From: Lama guanicoe | Lineage: Eukaryota | Reading direction: 5' to 3' | Assembly (NCBI GenBank): GCA_013239625.1 | Contig: MU054120.1 | Span: 62,001-126,000, forward strand | Length of the DNA stretch: 64,000 bases | Shown here: piece by piece, positions 1-13,319 of the stretch | Layout: each line of letters opens with the position of its first letter | Numbering within the stretch: position 1 is the first letter of the stretch | Made by a program: the position numbers and the translations under genes | The notes under the pieces: model-generated | What the model was told of the DNA's origin: nothing | Databases searched by the model: none | Seen by the model: only the letters and a program-made list of their open reading frames with translations

Positions 1-1077
1 TGATGATGTCTTTAATCCTTTTCTCCCCCATTAAAAGCAGTTTTGCTTCTGTAGCATGGGAGAATACTTCTGCTTATGTATAGCATAGGAAAAACCTTGA
101 AATCCCAGGGCATAAATGCTCTCTCTGTATTAGAAGAAAATATGAAATACCAAGAGGAATACAGTATCATGAAAAATTGAGAAGAGAATTAAGAAGAAAA
201 CAATAAGAGGAAATCCGATTCTCTCTTTGATAGGAAAAAGAAAAAGTTTAAGAGTGCATCCTCCCACTCAAACAGATAAATTGCAATCAGAGAATACACA
301 TTAGGAGAATTTTTGTCCTCGGGGTAGGAAAAAAGTCCTGAAGTTTTGAAAAGCAGAAATCTTCCTACTGCTAATTGCAGAGGGTGGCACTTTCTTAGTT
401 AGAAGTGACAACACACTTACGTGCAGACATGACTGGGAGCTGCTTTTCTGATGGAACAGAAAAGCTTATTTTCTGTTCCTTCCACTGAACCAATTATACT
501 TCTAACATCAACTCCCCACAGAGACAGTTAATACATGACAACCTTTCTTGGTCAAGCATGCCTTATTTAAACAGAAGTTTCTCTGGAGGGTTTAGATGGT
601 TTGGCATGCAAATAAATTAACCAGTGACAGCTCGGTTCCATTTTATAGATAAGCATTAAGAAATGAAAGGAGCCTGCGTCCAGCTATGAATTTAATAGTT
701 AATTCCTTCAAAAAAAAGTCATTTTAAGCTCCCATTGAAGATGTAGTAAAGAGATATATTAATAAAAACGATGGATAACTGAACAGTAATAATCAAAAGA
801 AAATTATTATACACCTGAGGGATAAAGGAGATAACTGCTTGGTTTTGAAAAACATCATCACTCTTAGGCCAAGGACGGCAGTTTTCGTTCTCAATGAAAT
901 AGTACCATATGCTCCATATTAGTCTAAGAATCAGAAGAGTTTATTTCCCATTTCTCATCACCAGAAGCAATTTAGGAATGATCTTGTTTAATATTTGAAA
1001 AGAACTATGACATCATGGAATTGGAATGATTGAAAAAGCAATGTTAACTGCTCTGAGAACATCATCTAATCATTTGG

Positions 1078-1440
1078 GGAGTGTTTCCTAAAAGAATCCT
1101 ATAATACATTAGTAAGTATTGAGTAATAAAAGTAGTTGCTGTGGCCAGATCAGTTTGGGGAACAAATAGGTATTCTATTCTCTTGTTTATAGATTCACAG
1201 TGCTCAGCATGGCATTAAGAAATTCTGTGAAGTCAAGAAACGTCGCCTAAAGGAGCCCAAACTTGTTTGAAGTGGAGTAAGCAACTGTTTCTTTCTCCCT
1301 TTTTTTTAGTTTCTCTCTTTCTCTATATATTTCTTTGTTACTTTCTCCCTCTTTCTTCCATTCTCTTTCCTTTGAGAGAAGAGGAGGGGTGGGTTCTTAC
1401 AGATCTAGTGTTTTCAGAGTACGGTTTAGAAAAACTGATT
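1078..1440. mobile_element. Degenerate hAT-Charlie-type DNA transposon relic interrupted by a CT-rich tract
   Basis: AGTGTTTCCTAAA start, internal AGTTTGGGGAA...AGATTCACAGTGC...GCATTAAGAAATTCTGTGAAGTC and the end AGTGTTTTCAGAGTACGGTTTAGAAAAACTG resemble recalled Charlie non-autonomous consensus. Confidence 0.35.
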
Positions 1441-2349
1441 TGAGAATTTGAGATTCTCGTCTAGACAGACATTTAGTTATTTGGATACATGTTACCTGGG
1501 AAACTTTCTTTTGGCCCACGTAAATACACCTCCAGAATTTTTAGAAATATCTATTTTATATATTGCCCTTTCTTAATTCTCAGTACTTAAAAAATGTTAT
1601 TCCTGTACTTGAAAATGAAATTAGTAATAAAACCATCTTACTAAGCATTTGAGTGGAACTTAGGGATTATCCAGTCCCAATTTGGTTTCATAGATGTGGA
1701 AAATGGGTTCTCATTCTACATGACACCTAGTTATGAATATGTTTATGCTCCACATAATTTTTGGATATTATAATGTCTCTATCTTCAAAATTTTTGTGTT
1801 CCGATACTTCTAGGAAAACATCATAACCCATTAACAGGTGATAAACCTTTCAAACATATGCTATTAATGTGGAGAAATCCTCTGTCATTTTACTGTAGAG
1901 GAATGTTGGTAACTTTTTATTAGAAAACAGTAACTGATTCATCCCATGTAAATCTGTGAAAAGTATTCTTAATATCTTTATGTAACCTTATTTTACAAGT
2001 CAGTAGAAGATAAGATAGAAAGATACAATGTCAAGAAGGAAAATGGGAATCTGGAAGAAAATAAGGAAAAGAAACAGGTGCTATGTTTTGCTTATTTGAT
2101 TTTTTCAGTAGTTTTTGACAGCTGGCTTCACTCACATGGGGTTTTTCGCCCAGGGCTAGAATTGCTTAACAGGTAAGATTGTCTCCACTGAGGACTGGCT
2201 CCCAGTGGATTGAGAGTGAAGCTTGTGTCCTCAAGAGACTGTGAGTGGTATGTCTCTCATGTGCAGTCGCATAGGGCTCCTGATGTCAGAACCCTGTGTC
2301 TGCATTGAAACATTTCTACACATCATGAAGGTTAAATATTAGACCTATT

Positions 2350-3149
2350 GATATCACCCTACACCTGTCAGAATGGCTATCTTAAAAAGACAAGAAATAA
2401 CAAATATTGGAGACAGCGTGGAGAAAAGGGAACCTTTGGGCACTGTTGATGGGAATGTGGATTCGTGCAGCCACTATGGAATACAGTATGGAGATTCCTC
2501 AAAAAATGAAAAATAGAACTACTATACGAGCCAACAGTTTCACTCTTGAGTATTTCTCTGAAGTAAACAAAAACACTAATTTCAAAAGATATAAATACCC
2601 CAGTGTTCATTACAGTATTACTTACAACAGCCAAAATATGAAAACAACCAAAGTGCCCATGGACAGTTGAAGAAAGAACACGTGATACAGATATAAGCAT
2701 AGATACACATATACATACATAGAGAGAAATATTACTCAGCCATAAAAAGAATGAAATCTTGCCATCTGCCATAACATGGATGGACCTGGAGGGTATTACG
2801 CTTAGTGAAATAAGTCAGACAGAGCAAAACAAATACTCTATGTTTTCACTTACACTTGAATTCTAAAAAACAAGTGAACAAATACAACAAACAGAAGCAG
2901 ACTTGAAGACAGAACAGACTAGTGATTGACAGAGGGGCAAGGAGTAAGAGGAGGGGCAGAGAGGTGAAGGGGATTAAGAAGCACAAACCTCTAGTTATAA
3001 AAGAAGTAGGTCACGGGGATGTAATGCACAGCACAGGAAATATAGCCAATATTTTATAATAACCTCATATAGTGTATGATCTATAAAAATATCAAATCAC
3101 TGTGCTGTACACCTGAAACTAATATAAGTCAACAATAAATGAATGAATG
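2350..3149 (+). mobile_element. 5'-truncated LINE-1 (L1MA-like), ORF2 C-terminus plus 3' UTR, with TSD
   Basis: ACACCTGTCAGAATGGCTAT...GGAGAAAAGGGAACC...CAGCCATAAAAAGAATGAAATCTTGCCA...CTGTACACCTGAAACTAATAT; flanked by AATATTAGACCTATT (2335-2349) and AATATTGGATCTATT (3150-3164), 13/15 identical. Confidence 0.9.
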
Positions 3150-5969
3150 AATATTGGATCTATTCACAACCACAGGAAGGTTGAAGATATGTTGAATCTT
3201 CAATTATTAAAACTCAGAGGAACTTTTCCTAGTAGACTAATAGAAACACTTAAAAATACACTATTATAATATGTTTGTTATACTAATTGGTACAAAACTT
3301 AAGTGCTATATATACAAGTATATAGTCTGTTTAATATCAAGTAAAATATTTTGATTACTTACTGAAATAACCAAGTTATCAGTTAGCAGATATTAAGGTT
3401 CTGTTTTATGCTTAGTCAGTGGAAAAGTGTACAAAATTTAGAACTGCTTGTGTGACATCCCTCTCCTAAAAAATAATAATGATGACCTATTGGATGCTTT
3501 TTTGGAATTATATTAAGCTTATAAGTTACTTTGAGGGAAACAGAAATCTTTAAAATATTGGGAATGTTTTAACATTTAGGAAGATGGTATCTTTCTTCAT
3601 TTATTCATTCTTTTCCAAGGTCCCTCAGGGATTTCTTGCCCCTTTTTTAAAAACATTTTTGTTCACTTTACTTCTAGTACATAGTTTTTTCTATTGTGAA
3701 TAAAATCTGTATTTTATGACTTTTTAAAGTCAAATATTAAAGGACAGTGTTTTCAAGCCCCACTGCATTCACAGACTCAGCTGCACATTAAAAAGTCTGA
3801 AATGTGGCCCATTTGAGCTCTTGCCACACAGTTTATTTGTTGCTCACAACTAGATTTGTAATTACTTTTCTCTAGTTCGGGCATGGTCTAAATTCTTCGT
3901 TATTTTCTTTCTTTCAGTAAACAGACCTGCATCTGTAAATAAAAGCCAACATACAACAGAAGTTTGTCTTTTAGCTTGTAAAATGTAGAAATATAAACAG
4001 AAAACCATCATAAAATTAGACAATGAAATTTATCTTGTCAATGGCAGCAACATTGGTAATAAAGCAAATATTTGCACACTTTTATGTAAAGCCCATTCTC
4101 ATATTTTATTTGGAAATATGAACACATTTTGTTCCCTTTATTTTATTTTCCCTTCTGTTTCTGAAAAGCAGCTTGTGTCTTGCCCAGTGCAAGCATATCT
4201 GATTGTTTAGAAGAAAGGGAGTGGTGTAATCTCTGGGTGTTTCTAATATTCTGCTGTGGTCGTCTTTCATTCTCCCAGACTGAGGAAGAATACTACTCAA
4301 TCTTTTCGTGATTTCATAATAAATGTGGTCCAAACACAGAACAATTTAATCAAAAGTTTTAGGAGGAGACAACAGACATCAATGTAATATTCTCAAGTTC
4401 CTTTGGTGATATTAACATGCAGTCAGGGTTACAGCAACTGTTATAAGGTTACAAACCAATTATTTATAAAACATCTTGGAGGGTTAAAAAAAAACTCTAA
4501 TATTCTGTTGAGCTTTTTAGAAGTAATTGGCTTAATTCTCATGCCTTCATCTTGTAACTTTTTGGAGCAAAGGATACTAAGCACCCACTGTCATGAAAAT
4601 TAGGATTCCTCACTGTAAGTTAACACAGTCTCAATCTACTGTCCTCTTTTTGTCTCAGACAGAGTACCAGTGTCCAATAGCCTGGCGAAGAATAGAAAAT
4701 CAATGTGAATATATGTGTAGTATTACTTTGCCCTATGTTTTCATTTTTCAAATGTAAATGTATTTTCTTATTTAGTTGCCACTGTGACCAGAAACACGGT
4801 TTATGAGATGATTGATTAGGGTAAAGAATATACTCAGCATTCATCAGGCAAAATAAAGTTAATTGGTCCCTAGAGAAGTTATTCCCCAATAGCATGGTTC
4901 TCATAAGCACAAGATTTTAACCTACTGACTTACTAATGGAACAATTTATAATTCCACATCACATACATAATAACATCTTTGCACAAAATGTCATTATAGA
5001 GAGAAGTGGGGCTATTGTTATGGGGATGTGAAAAATTTGAGAAGGGAATTTTGAGGACTGATACTGAATTTTGACACAAGATTATTTAGTTTCTAAAGCT
5101 TTTATTGGAAAAATCTTAGAATGAACACATTAAACGCACATGGCAGGACAAATTTTCAAGTAACTGCATTGCTGAGCTGCTGTAGGTTGTGAGAGCTCTA
5201 TTAGGGAAATCAGGGTATCAGCAAGGGACGTCTGCCACTTCCAGGACATCCTGAAGTTAATACCCTCTGGAGTACAAAGAACACTGAAATGTTAACGTCA
5301 GAACAAAATCAGCGCTTATTTCCTTCAGCAGTCAGTCAATGGATAATAGCTCTATCCCAGTGACCATACATAATGTTAAAAAGAAGACAGCTAAATAAGC
5401 CCATGGTTTATAGCCTCAGAGGGCTTACATTTTAATGTGCAAAGCAGCCAAATTATGACACTGAGACATGTAGGTGCCATAAGGGACGCACACCAAGGGC
5501 TTATGGGAACACAGCAGAGATAGTATGAACTGCTTGAGGAAGTTAGCATGGGGAAAGATTGGAAATTAAATAGCCATTAAGCTCTTTTAAGTCTCCTTCA
5601 TGTTCTTTCTTGCTATAGCATTCATCTCTGTGGATCATTTCTCCTTCTTAGCAGTTACAGGGATTCTTTAAGTCTCTATGGATACAGACCCCATAATAAT
5701 CCTTGGCTTAGCCCCTTCACCCTTCCACATTTTCTGTCGTCTTAGACCACTTAACTCTTACTTTGTACATTTTCCTCCTCAGCTCATTCCTTCAATTCCT
5801 TAAAATTAGGGACACTCCACACTCTGCCCTTGAATTTCTTTTTAACTCCATATTTTCCCTTGATAACCCCTTGGATATTTGTGTCCCCTGCTCTACCTAA
5901 TGTCTCCCTCCACCCCTTTCTTCTATTACCAGATAATACTAAATCTGTCTCTGGATATGTTTCATAAGA

Positions 5970-6400
5970 TTTAAAGTTTATCTTGATGGAGGAACACAGT
6001 ACACTGACACTCGGATGGACGAAAGGCAGAATTTTTTGGTTACTTATAGCTCCGAGAGGCAGGCTGCCAGGCAGGGCCACTCAGGTTGCTCTGCCGCGGG
6101 CAGAGTAGCAGCAAGCTGGAGCTGAAGGGGGCAGCTTACGAATGGCCAGAAGGGTAGGGTTAGCTGGGTTTCACAGGCTTCCTGTGGATTGGCTAATTAC
6201 AAGAAATTCTTGGGCTGCAGGGCATAGCAGATGTCCTAGTCGTCTGACTTGGCTGCAGGGTGACTGGGGCAGGTGCGCAGTGGCACAGTGTGAGAACTTG
6301 AGAAGGGCAGTTGGTGAGGTGCAGGCTTCCTCAGCTGCTCAAGAAGAGGAAAGGGGAACTGATCAGTCTCTAGCTATGGCCTCAAAAGGAAGAACGTAGG
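5970..6400 (-). mobile_element. Old solo LTR, probably ERVL class (LTR53/MER73/MER74-like)
   Basis: GC-richer block in AT-rich background; CTGTGGATTGGCTAATT...GGGCATAG...GTCCTAGTCGTCTG resembles recalled ERVL LTR consensus. Confidence 0.4.
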
Positions 6401-6599
6401 ATTTTGTTTTTACTATAGCAGGGGTTTGAGATGACCAGATACACATAGATTTTTTTAAAGTCTAAAAAAATAAAATATACAAAAGTATAAGAAAAAATAT
6501 TTCTCCTTTTGAAAAAGCTTTATTGAAGTAAATAAAATAATAATATTATGCAGAAATTGAGAAACATAATGGGATAAAAGCAAAAAAAAAAAGGAAGAT

Positions 6600-7130
6600 T
6601 TTAGGAGAGAGATGTCAGCAAGATTGTGGAATAAAGAGGTCCCAGGCTTTGTCTGACCCCACCTTCCCAACCACCCTTCACCAAAACCAATGATTTAACA
6701 AGTCTCCATGGATGAATGTAGCTCTTGGAAAGCTCCAGAGTGCAGCTGACAAGCTACAGCAACCGGGTGGAGCACAGGGACCCAGGGTGGCAGCTTAGCA
6801 AAGGGTAGGAGGCATCTGGCCTGTGTCACACCGTCCCCAGACCAGTACAGCCCAGCACCGAGAGGAATCCTCTCTGCTGTGAGTTCCTTCATGGGGGAAA
6901 AGGTAGAGCAGGAGGACCCCCACAGTTCTCATCCTTGGTGTAGCCTCAGATCCCTAACACAGCCTTCTCCACCGAGGACCCCTGCCGTCTTAGCCAGTGC
7001 AGATCCCAGAGGCTGGAGCTTTCCAGAGCCAGTAACTTTGTGTTGTCCCAGAACCCCAGTTCTAGGAACCAGTGCTGGCCCCAGTCCCTGCTGGCCCTGG
7101 CACAGCCACGCCCTCCAGACCTAGTGCATC
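6600..7130 (+). mobile_element. Isolated LINE-1 5' UTR fragment (L1M1/L1M2 5'-end type)
   Basis: GATGTCAGCAAGATTGTGGAATAAAGAGGTCCCAG resembles the CAAGATGGCGGAATAGGAGGTCCC L1 5' start; GC-rich body; preceded by an A-run. Confidence 0.55.
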
Positions 7131-8279
7131 TCAAGCAAAAAGTAATTTCTCTACCGAGCTATTATTTAATATTCTGACAAACTCTTAGGTTCAGTGCTTG
7201 CTAATACCAGTACCCCCCACATAAGGTTATAAGAATCATAATTTTAAAGTACAGATCCTATCACATAAAACTTAAATTCAAACTCCAAAGCCTGGTGTTT
7301 CAGGGCCCTGGGGTATATTCTTCTTAAGTAGCGTCCATTCTACATCTTTCCCTTCTGCCACCATCGAACCTCTAGTTTCTGAGCATGCTCCTTTTCTTTA
7401 CTTCAGTGTCCATGAGTATGTTCCATTCTCTACACAAAATACCTTTTCCCACAACCCCCTCCTCATGGAACAAGATTCCTGCTCTTAATCTGAATCCAGC
7501 AGAATTCTTTATCTTCTGTAAACGACCTCAGATTCTCCCATCTAAAAGAAATCTTTTCACTTGGTGTTTCCCTGGTAACTAATCTCAACTTCTGAAATGA
7601 CATTCATTTGCTTATTCACCTGTTCAAAAAATATAGGCAATGAGGATACAATGATGAAGAAAACAGATGAGCTTTGTCTTCTGAAGTATACACAACATTC
7701 TTCAAACAAATGATACTGATATTACTATAATTGTGGCTTGACACTGTCTGGAAATTAATGGCTTAGATTCTTATCTTGGCACCTTGATTTCTTTTTAACT
7801 ATGTGATCTTACCTACTCCAAATCTTGTTTATTATATTTGTAGAGGACTAAGAATACGTATATTGAATGGGGCTAACCGTTTTGCTAAGAAAACAGAACG
7901 TGAATGTTTTATATTCATCTCAGTTCACATATTGGGAAAGATGATATATTTATCAAATTGAAACAGCAGCAGAACATCCAGATCCTATAACAGGGCAAAG
8001 AGGTGTTAATATTCCTATTTCCCCTGAATGTTTTTAAATATTTTAATATATTTCTAAAAATCACACACTCACACATAGCTTTACCAGTCTACATTGTAAT
8101 TCAGTGGCACCTGACCTTGACACTCAGATACAAATTAGTTTCCTGAAGTATATCAACTAAAGGGTATTTAAGAGGACAAAGAGAAAATTTGCAGGCAAAT
8201 GACAACATGCAAATAGAATGGGAAGTCCAAGTACAGGAAGGACTATTGTCAGCCTCTCTTCCGCCTTCAGACACATGTT

Positions 8280-8450
8280 CCACAGGGCCTCGTATTTTGT
8301 TAGAATTACCACCCACATTCTATGTAAGGGGAAGGAAGTTCGAGGAGATTAAATTATTTGCTCATAGCCAAACACTTAAGAAATAGCAAAATTAAGACCT
8401 AGATCTTTTGATTCAGAACCCCATGCTTTTTCAACTGTTACACAGTTTGT
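8280..8450 (-). mobile_element. MIR SINE fragment
   Basis: CCCACATTCTATGTAAGGGGAAGGAAGTTCGAGGAGATTAAATTATTTGCTCATAGCCA...TTGATTCAGAACCCCATGCTTTT matches the reverse MIR core. Confidence 0.5.
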
Positions 8451-8554
8451 TTCTCCAACTACCTATTCTCAATGCAAAACAAAACAAAGAAAGAATGATT
8501 GTCCGTGGGTGGTGTGAGTGAGTTATGAAGGGCAGACCACTACTACTAAGGTAA

Positions 8555-8795
8555 TGATAATAAATAGCAAATATTTCGTTATGTTTGCCATCACTTCTTA
8601 AAAGGTCTATGTGTGCTTACTTATTTAATTCTAACACAAACCTATGAAATTTATTGTTCTCTCCATTTTACAAAGGAGTAAATTGAAACTTAGAGACGCT
8701 CTAAAAGGTTCCCTAGTCCCATGGCTATTAAGGGGCAGAGCCAGGCTTTGTTGAAAGCAACTGGCTTTCAGAACCAAACATCACTCTACTGTTCT
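8555..8795 (-). mobile_element. MIR SINE
   Basis: CTCCATTTTACAAAGGAGTAAATTGAAACTTAGAGA...GGCAGAGCCAGGCTTTG is the reverse MIR core. Confidence 0.6.
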
Positions 8796-9229
8796 GCACC
8801 TGAAATTTAAAGTTTGTGTGACCAGAAGACTAGCGTACAACGTTCAAAAACTGTAAAGTTGAAAATACATCATCAGTCCTTTAGACTAAAGGGCTTGCGT
8901 GAAAGCAGCTTGTAAGCGGCATAAGCCAAATTCAAAGCCAAGTCTTTGTGACGGCACAGCCCGTGTCCATGCCGTCATTTCCCGGTGCCTCTCCTCATCT
9001 CAAAGTTAGCTACTCAGTGTAACTTAGCAATAACAAGCAGCAATAGATTTTACTACGAATGTTCCATGTCAGAGGAATTTTAAAGTAACTCAAATCCCTA
9101 GGAAAAGTGTATTTTCTTTTGCCAACTACATCATTTATAAAGCAGAGGAAATATCACCATGTGCTGAACTAAAACAGTTCTCCCCTTGGAGTCACCACAT
9201 TGTTTGTAGCTCTGCTACTTAGAGACACA

Positions 9230-9600
9230 AAACATAAATCTAATCTCTCTTCCATATGATAAGTGTTCAAATTTTGGAAACAAGTGTCATATTACTGGCA
9301 ATCTTCTTGTCTTTATAGTACACGTCCTCTGTTCCTTTAATTGCTTTTCGTTTTTATTACCCTTTTTGTTCTTTGAACACATGAAACTTGATAAATATCC
9401 TCCAAAGTGTGGAGCACAGAACTGAATGTAATATTACAGTTACGGTCGGACATGCATAAAATAGAACAAATATGTGTGCGACTCATTCTAGATCCGTGTA
9501 TCCACCAGAAAAACTTAAATCGCAGTCACATCACACTATGGATTTATAAGGCATTTAATTTATCAGGAATGCCAAGCCTTTTTCATATTAGTTCTATGAG
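9230..9600 (-). mobile_element. Ancient L3/CR1 LINE fragment
   Basis: AAGTGTGGAGCACAGAACTGAATGTAATATTACAG is the reverse complement of a degenerate CR1 LEYCVQFWAP-coding motif. Confidence 0.5.
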
Positions 9601-10563
9601 GTAGTTTTGAAAGGAAAAAGTCCCAGAGACCCAAAATAATCTTACGAACTCTATTAAAAAAAAAATTAGGACAGGTGACCATCTTTTCCATATATTATTA
9701 AAACAATATATTTTTAATAATGCCGTTATAGCTTTACCATAGGATATTAATTAGGACTTTATTGAACTGAAGATTTTTAAAGATTTCATGTCAAAATGAG
9801 CATGCCTTGTATTATTTAAGAGTAAATAAATGCTTATAGAACAAATAGTTAAAATTACCTTGAAATTTGTGAATTCAGATGTAAAATTTGCAAAATATAT
9901 ATTAATAAATTTATTTCATGTATAGTCTACATTTACAATTATGAGTCCACAATTTGCACATCTACAGTGAGTTTTAAATAATAAAACCAGATCACTTATT
10001 CTTAAATACCTCGTTATTGAGATTTGAACTCTTAACAATATTATATTTAACTTTTAAGAGAAATGAATAAATGTACAAATATCTGTCAAGAAATATTTTA
10101 CTACATATTTCTGCTCATGAACTTGTCACATGCAATTGCATTATCATTTATATGAATTTATAATTTATAACCTATCTGCTCTTAAAAATCCATTACAATT
10201 TATGACATGAATGAAACCTAAAGATAGAAAAGGTAGCTAAATACTACACATTGATTCAATGAATAAAATTATATTATAAATATTCAGTTTATGCTTTCTG
10301 GCAAAATAAGATCCTCTTATGTTACTTTAAATGCGGTATTAAAATCAAATATACCACGTAATGTATTCTTTCTGACATACAGCATTGCTCAAGTCTTTCT
10401 CAATTCCATATATATTTCTCTGTCAAATTGTTCTAATAATAGCACTCTAAGAATAAAGAAATGGAAAAGTGTTAAGTCAAATTTGATTGGCATCAGAATT
10501 TCAGATCAAAAGACATAGGTTTCATTTGCCCACTGTCAATCAGATTATTTATTGTGACGTAAT

Positions 10564-10610
10564 GGAGAGAGAGAGAGAGAGATGGAGGGAAAGGAGAGAG
10601 AAAGAGAGAG
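10564..10610. repeat. (GA)n / purine-rich microsatellite
   Basis: GGAGAGAGAGAGAGAGAGATGGAGGGAAAGGAGAGAGAAAGAGAGAG seen directly. Confidence 0.9.
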
Positions 10611-10762
10611 TCTATCTTGTGACTAGAAGTCTGGACAATGCTTAATTCCTTGTTTGAAATACTAGATATTTTCAAACTCTGGAAATTCAATTAAGCATTT
10701 CCTTAATATTCTTCCTTTTGATTTTAATACTGCTGTCAACAATATTTTGCCTCCTGATAAGT

Positions 10763-10769
10763 GTTTTTG

Positions 10770-10801
<32 letters not shown>

Positions 10802-10806
10802 TTTTC
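10763..10806. repeat. (TTTTG/TTTTTG)n simple repeat
   Basis: Seen directly; a second degenerate T-rich run follows at about 10850-10876. Confidence 0.9.
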
Positions 10807-11539
10807 CCAGAGTTATCCTCAGCTGTTTTGGGTATTTTTTGTGTTTCTGTGTATTGTTTGTTTGTTTTTGTTTTTAACAAATTCTATACTCTCAAGAATT
10901 GAATGATGAACTAACTTACTGTCAAATCTGGATCATCAAGAACACTCCCCTGAATTCTGATCACCCGTTTCCTACTACTTACTGACCATTCTACCCTTCA
11001 AACGATCCATTAAGCATTTTTTCCACTTTGCTTCCTTTTCATTTCTTCTTAATTTAACATTTTAATTGTATGCTTCTCTTTAAATGAAGTTTATGTTATA
11101 AACACTCTGAGGTGGTTCCATTATTTCCAGTTTTAGGAAAATGTCATTTCCCTCTTTTTGTAAGTGTTGAATATGCATCGTAGTAATTCATAACTCATAG
11201 GGCTCTATTTTAAGTTTATTATTATTTTCCATGATTTTGTGTGTCAGTTGTGAAATTCGTTGTTTTGTTTTATTTGCAGGGATCTAATTTTTCCTGAATT
11301 GTTATGTGTCTTATTAATATAAGCAGCCATACATTTGTTTATTTCAGGGTCCTGGGGTTTTACTCTTCTTAAACTAATTTTTCAGTTTATTTTCAGTCTG
11401 GAGTTTTCCAAAGTACCAAAAAGAAGACATTAGATTGCCTCTTCCGTGCATGATTCCAACTTAGGGATTCAGTTTCTCATAGGTTTGTTCCCCTCATCTC
11501 CATTCTTCTGGCTACTGTCCTACATTTATTGTCAACAAA

Positions 11540-12742
11540 ACTCTATACTTATTGTATTAACGTTCTCAGCTCCACTTTTACTCTTTCACTCACTCCGAAT
11601 CATCCTCTATCCATTTGCTGAAACTTACCAAGGCCAATAATATATCCCTGAGGCCACATCTGGTCACTGCCCTGCCCCCATGTTATACAAAATCATAGTA
11701 GCTGAAAGTGCCGGTGAGTCCAAAATAGAGTATTACAATTAAGTGCTCACATATCTCCTCTGAGATCCAGACACATATTTCCTAAAGCCTACGTTAGGTT
11801 TGAATTTAGATCTATGTAAGCATTTCACACTCAAAATATTCAAAATAAATTTTTCAGTTTCTGCCTTCAGATATGTTTTCAGTCTCCCTTATCATTCCAC
11901 CCATTGCACAAGCCAAAAACTGACTCATTGCTCTTGATTTCATCTTTCCCCTCACATCTCACCCATCAGCAAATCCTGCAAGTTTTTACAGAAATACATA
12001 TCCTGAATCTGTCTACTCCTCACTTTTCCCTTATTTACTCTCTTTCTAGGGCTGCACCAGGTACTCACTACACCCTCAAACTTGAACTACTGAAATAGGT
12101 TTCCTTTGTCCACTCTTGCATAAGTCGTTTTCTACATGGCAGCCAGAAAGATCATCTTTTAAGGGTTCATCAGAACTTTGAAAGGCTTCTCATTACATTT
12201 ATAGTGAAACTTGGAACTTATGTCTGACAAAGCTCTGAAGACCAGGTACATGACCATGTTTCTTGTCTAATCTCCTGCCTCTCTCTCATTCAGCATTTTT
12301 TATAGTTACTTTGGCTGCCTTCTGTTCCTTGAAGACACGAAGGTGTTTACCCCTTAGGGCCTTCTCAGAGTTCTCTCTACCTAGAACACGTATGACTATG
12401 TCAGCTCTTTGTCTCCTTATCATTCAGGTCTTATCATTCCGTAAGAGAGGTTACCCCTTGCCCACTCAATGTAAATCACTCCCTAATCGTGACAATGTAT
12501 CAAGTCAAATTTTATTTCCTTAGACATACTCACTATGTCATGTTTATTTCATTTATTTGTTTATCTCTGAAGTCATGCACTCCCCCATCCTATTCGCACA
12601 AATACATACTAGAACACAAACTTCATAAGAAGCAAGAACTCTATTTTTCACTGATGTCTCCCCAATATATGGAAAAGGCAAATCCCTGAGCAGAGAGTTG
12701 CTAAATGAATGGAAGACTAAATGAATAAGTGAAATGAATAAA
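11540..12742 (+). mobile_element. L2 (L2a-like) LINE 3' portion
   Basis: CACCCATCAGCAAATCCTG, GCAGCCAGAAAGATC, GGCTTCTCATTACATTTATAGTGAAA and the terminal TGCTAAATGAATG...AATGAATAA tail are typical of L2. Confidence 0.75.
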
Positions 12743-13319
12743 GGAAAAAAACCTTCAGGCTTTTATCATGCCATGTTTATGGTGATTGTAGAGAAGGCAA
12801 TATTTTACCCAGAGAGCCCTTATGAAAAAAATAATTTTCAAATAATAAAAGATGGAGGCCTATACTAAGAATTTTAGAATAGACTAAAGGTAAATGATTT
12901 AAATGATTGCATTAAAATAATATAAATCTGTAATTCATGTGTTTCCCTATAAACAGCACCAGATTGAAGATTTTATGCTAATTTAAATGTAGCAGAGCAA
13001 ATGCATGAAATCAATAAGACAACATTTAAAATATTGAAATAAGAGGAAAGATTATGATAAGGGATACAGTGCAAGAAGTAACGATTATAAGCATAGCAAT
13101 AGAATTCGATATTGAGGAAAAGAATTAAGATTTAAGAGGTTAATATAAGAGGATTAGAACATTTGCATATTTAAGACAACAATAGGTAAACTACAAGGTT
13201 AAAGAGAAAATGGTCAACAAATAATGACTAAATAAGTATAAATCAGGGAAATTAGATGCATCCAAAACAATATTATGGTCCTGAGCCTCCTGCATCTGTG
13301 GTTCAGTGTGTCAGTGATT

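Noticed and set aside
2377..2772. 131-aa minus-strand ORF and similar ORFs at 58658-59605
   Set aside because: Sense or antisense readings of L1 3' fragments
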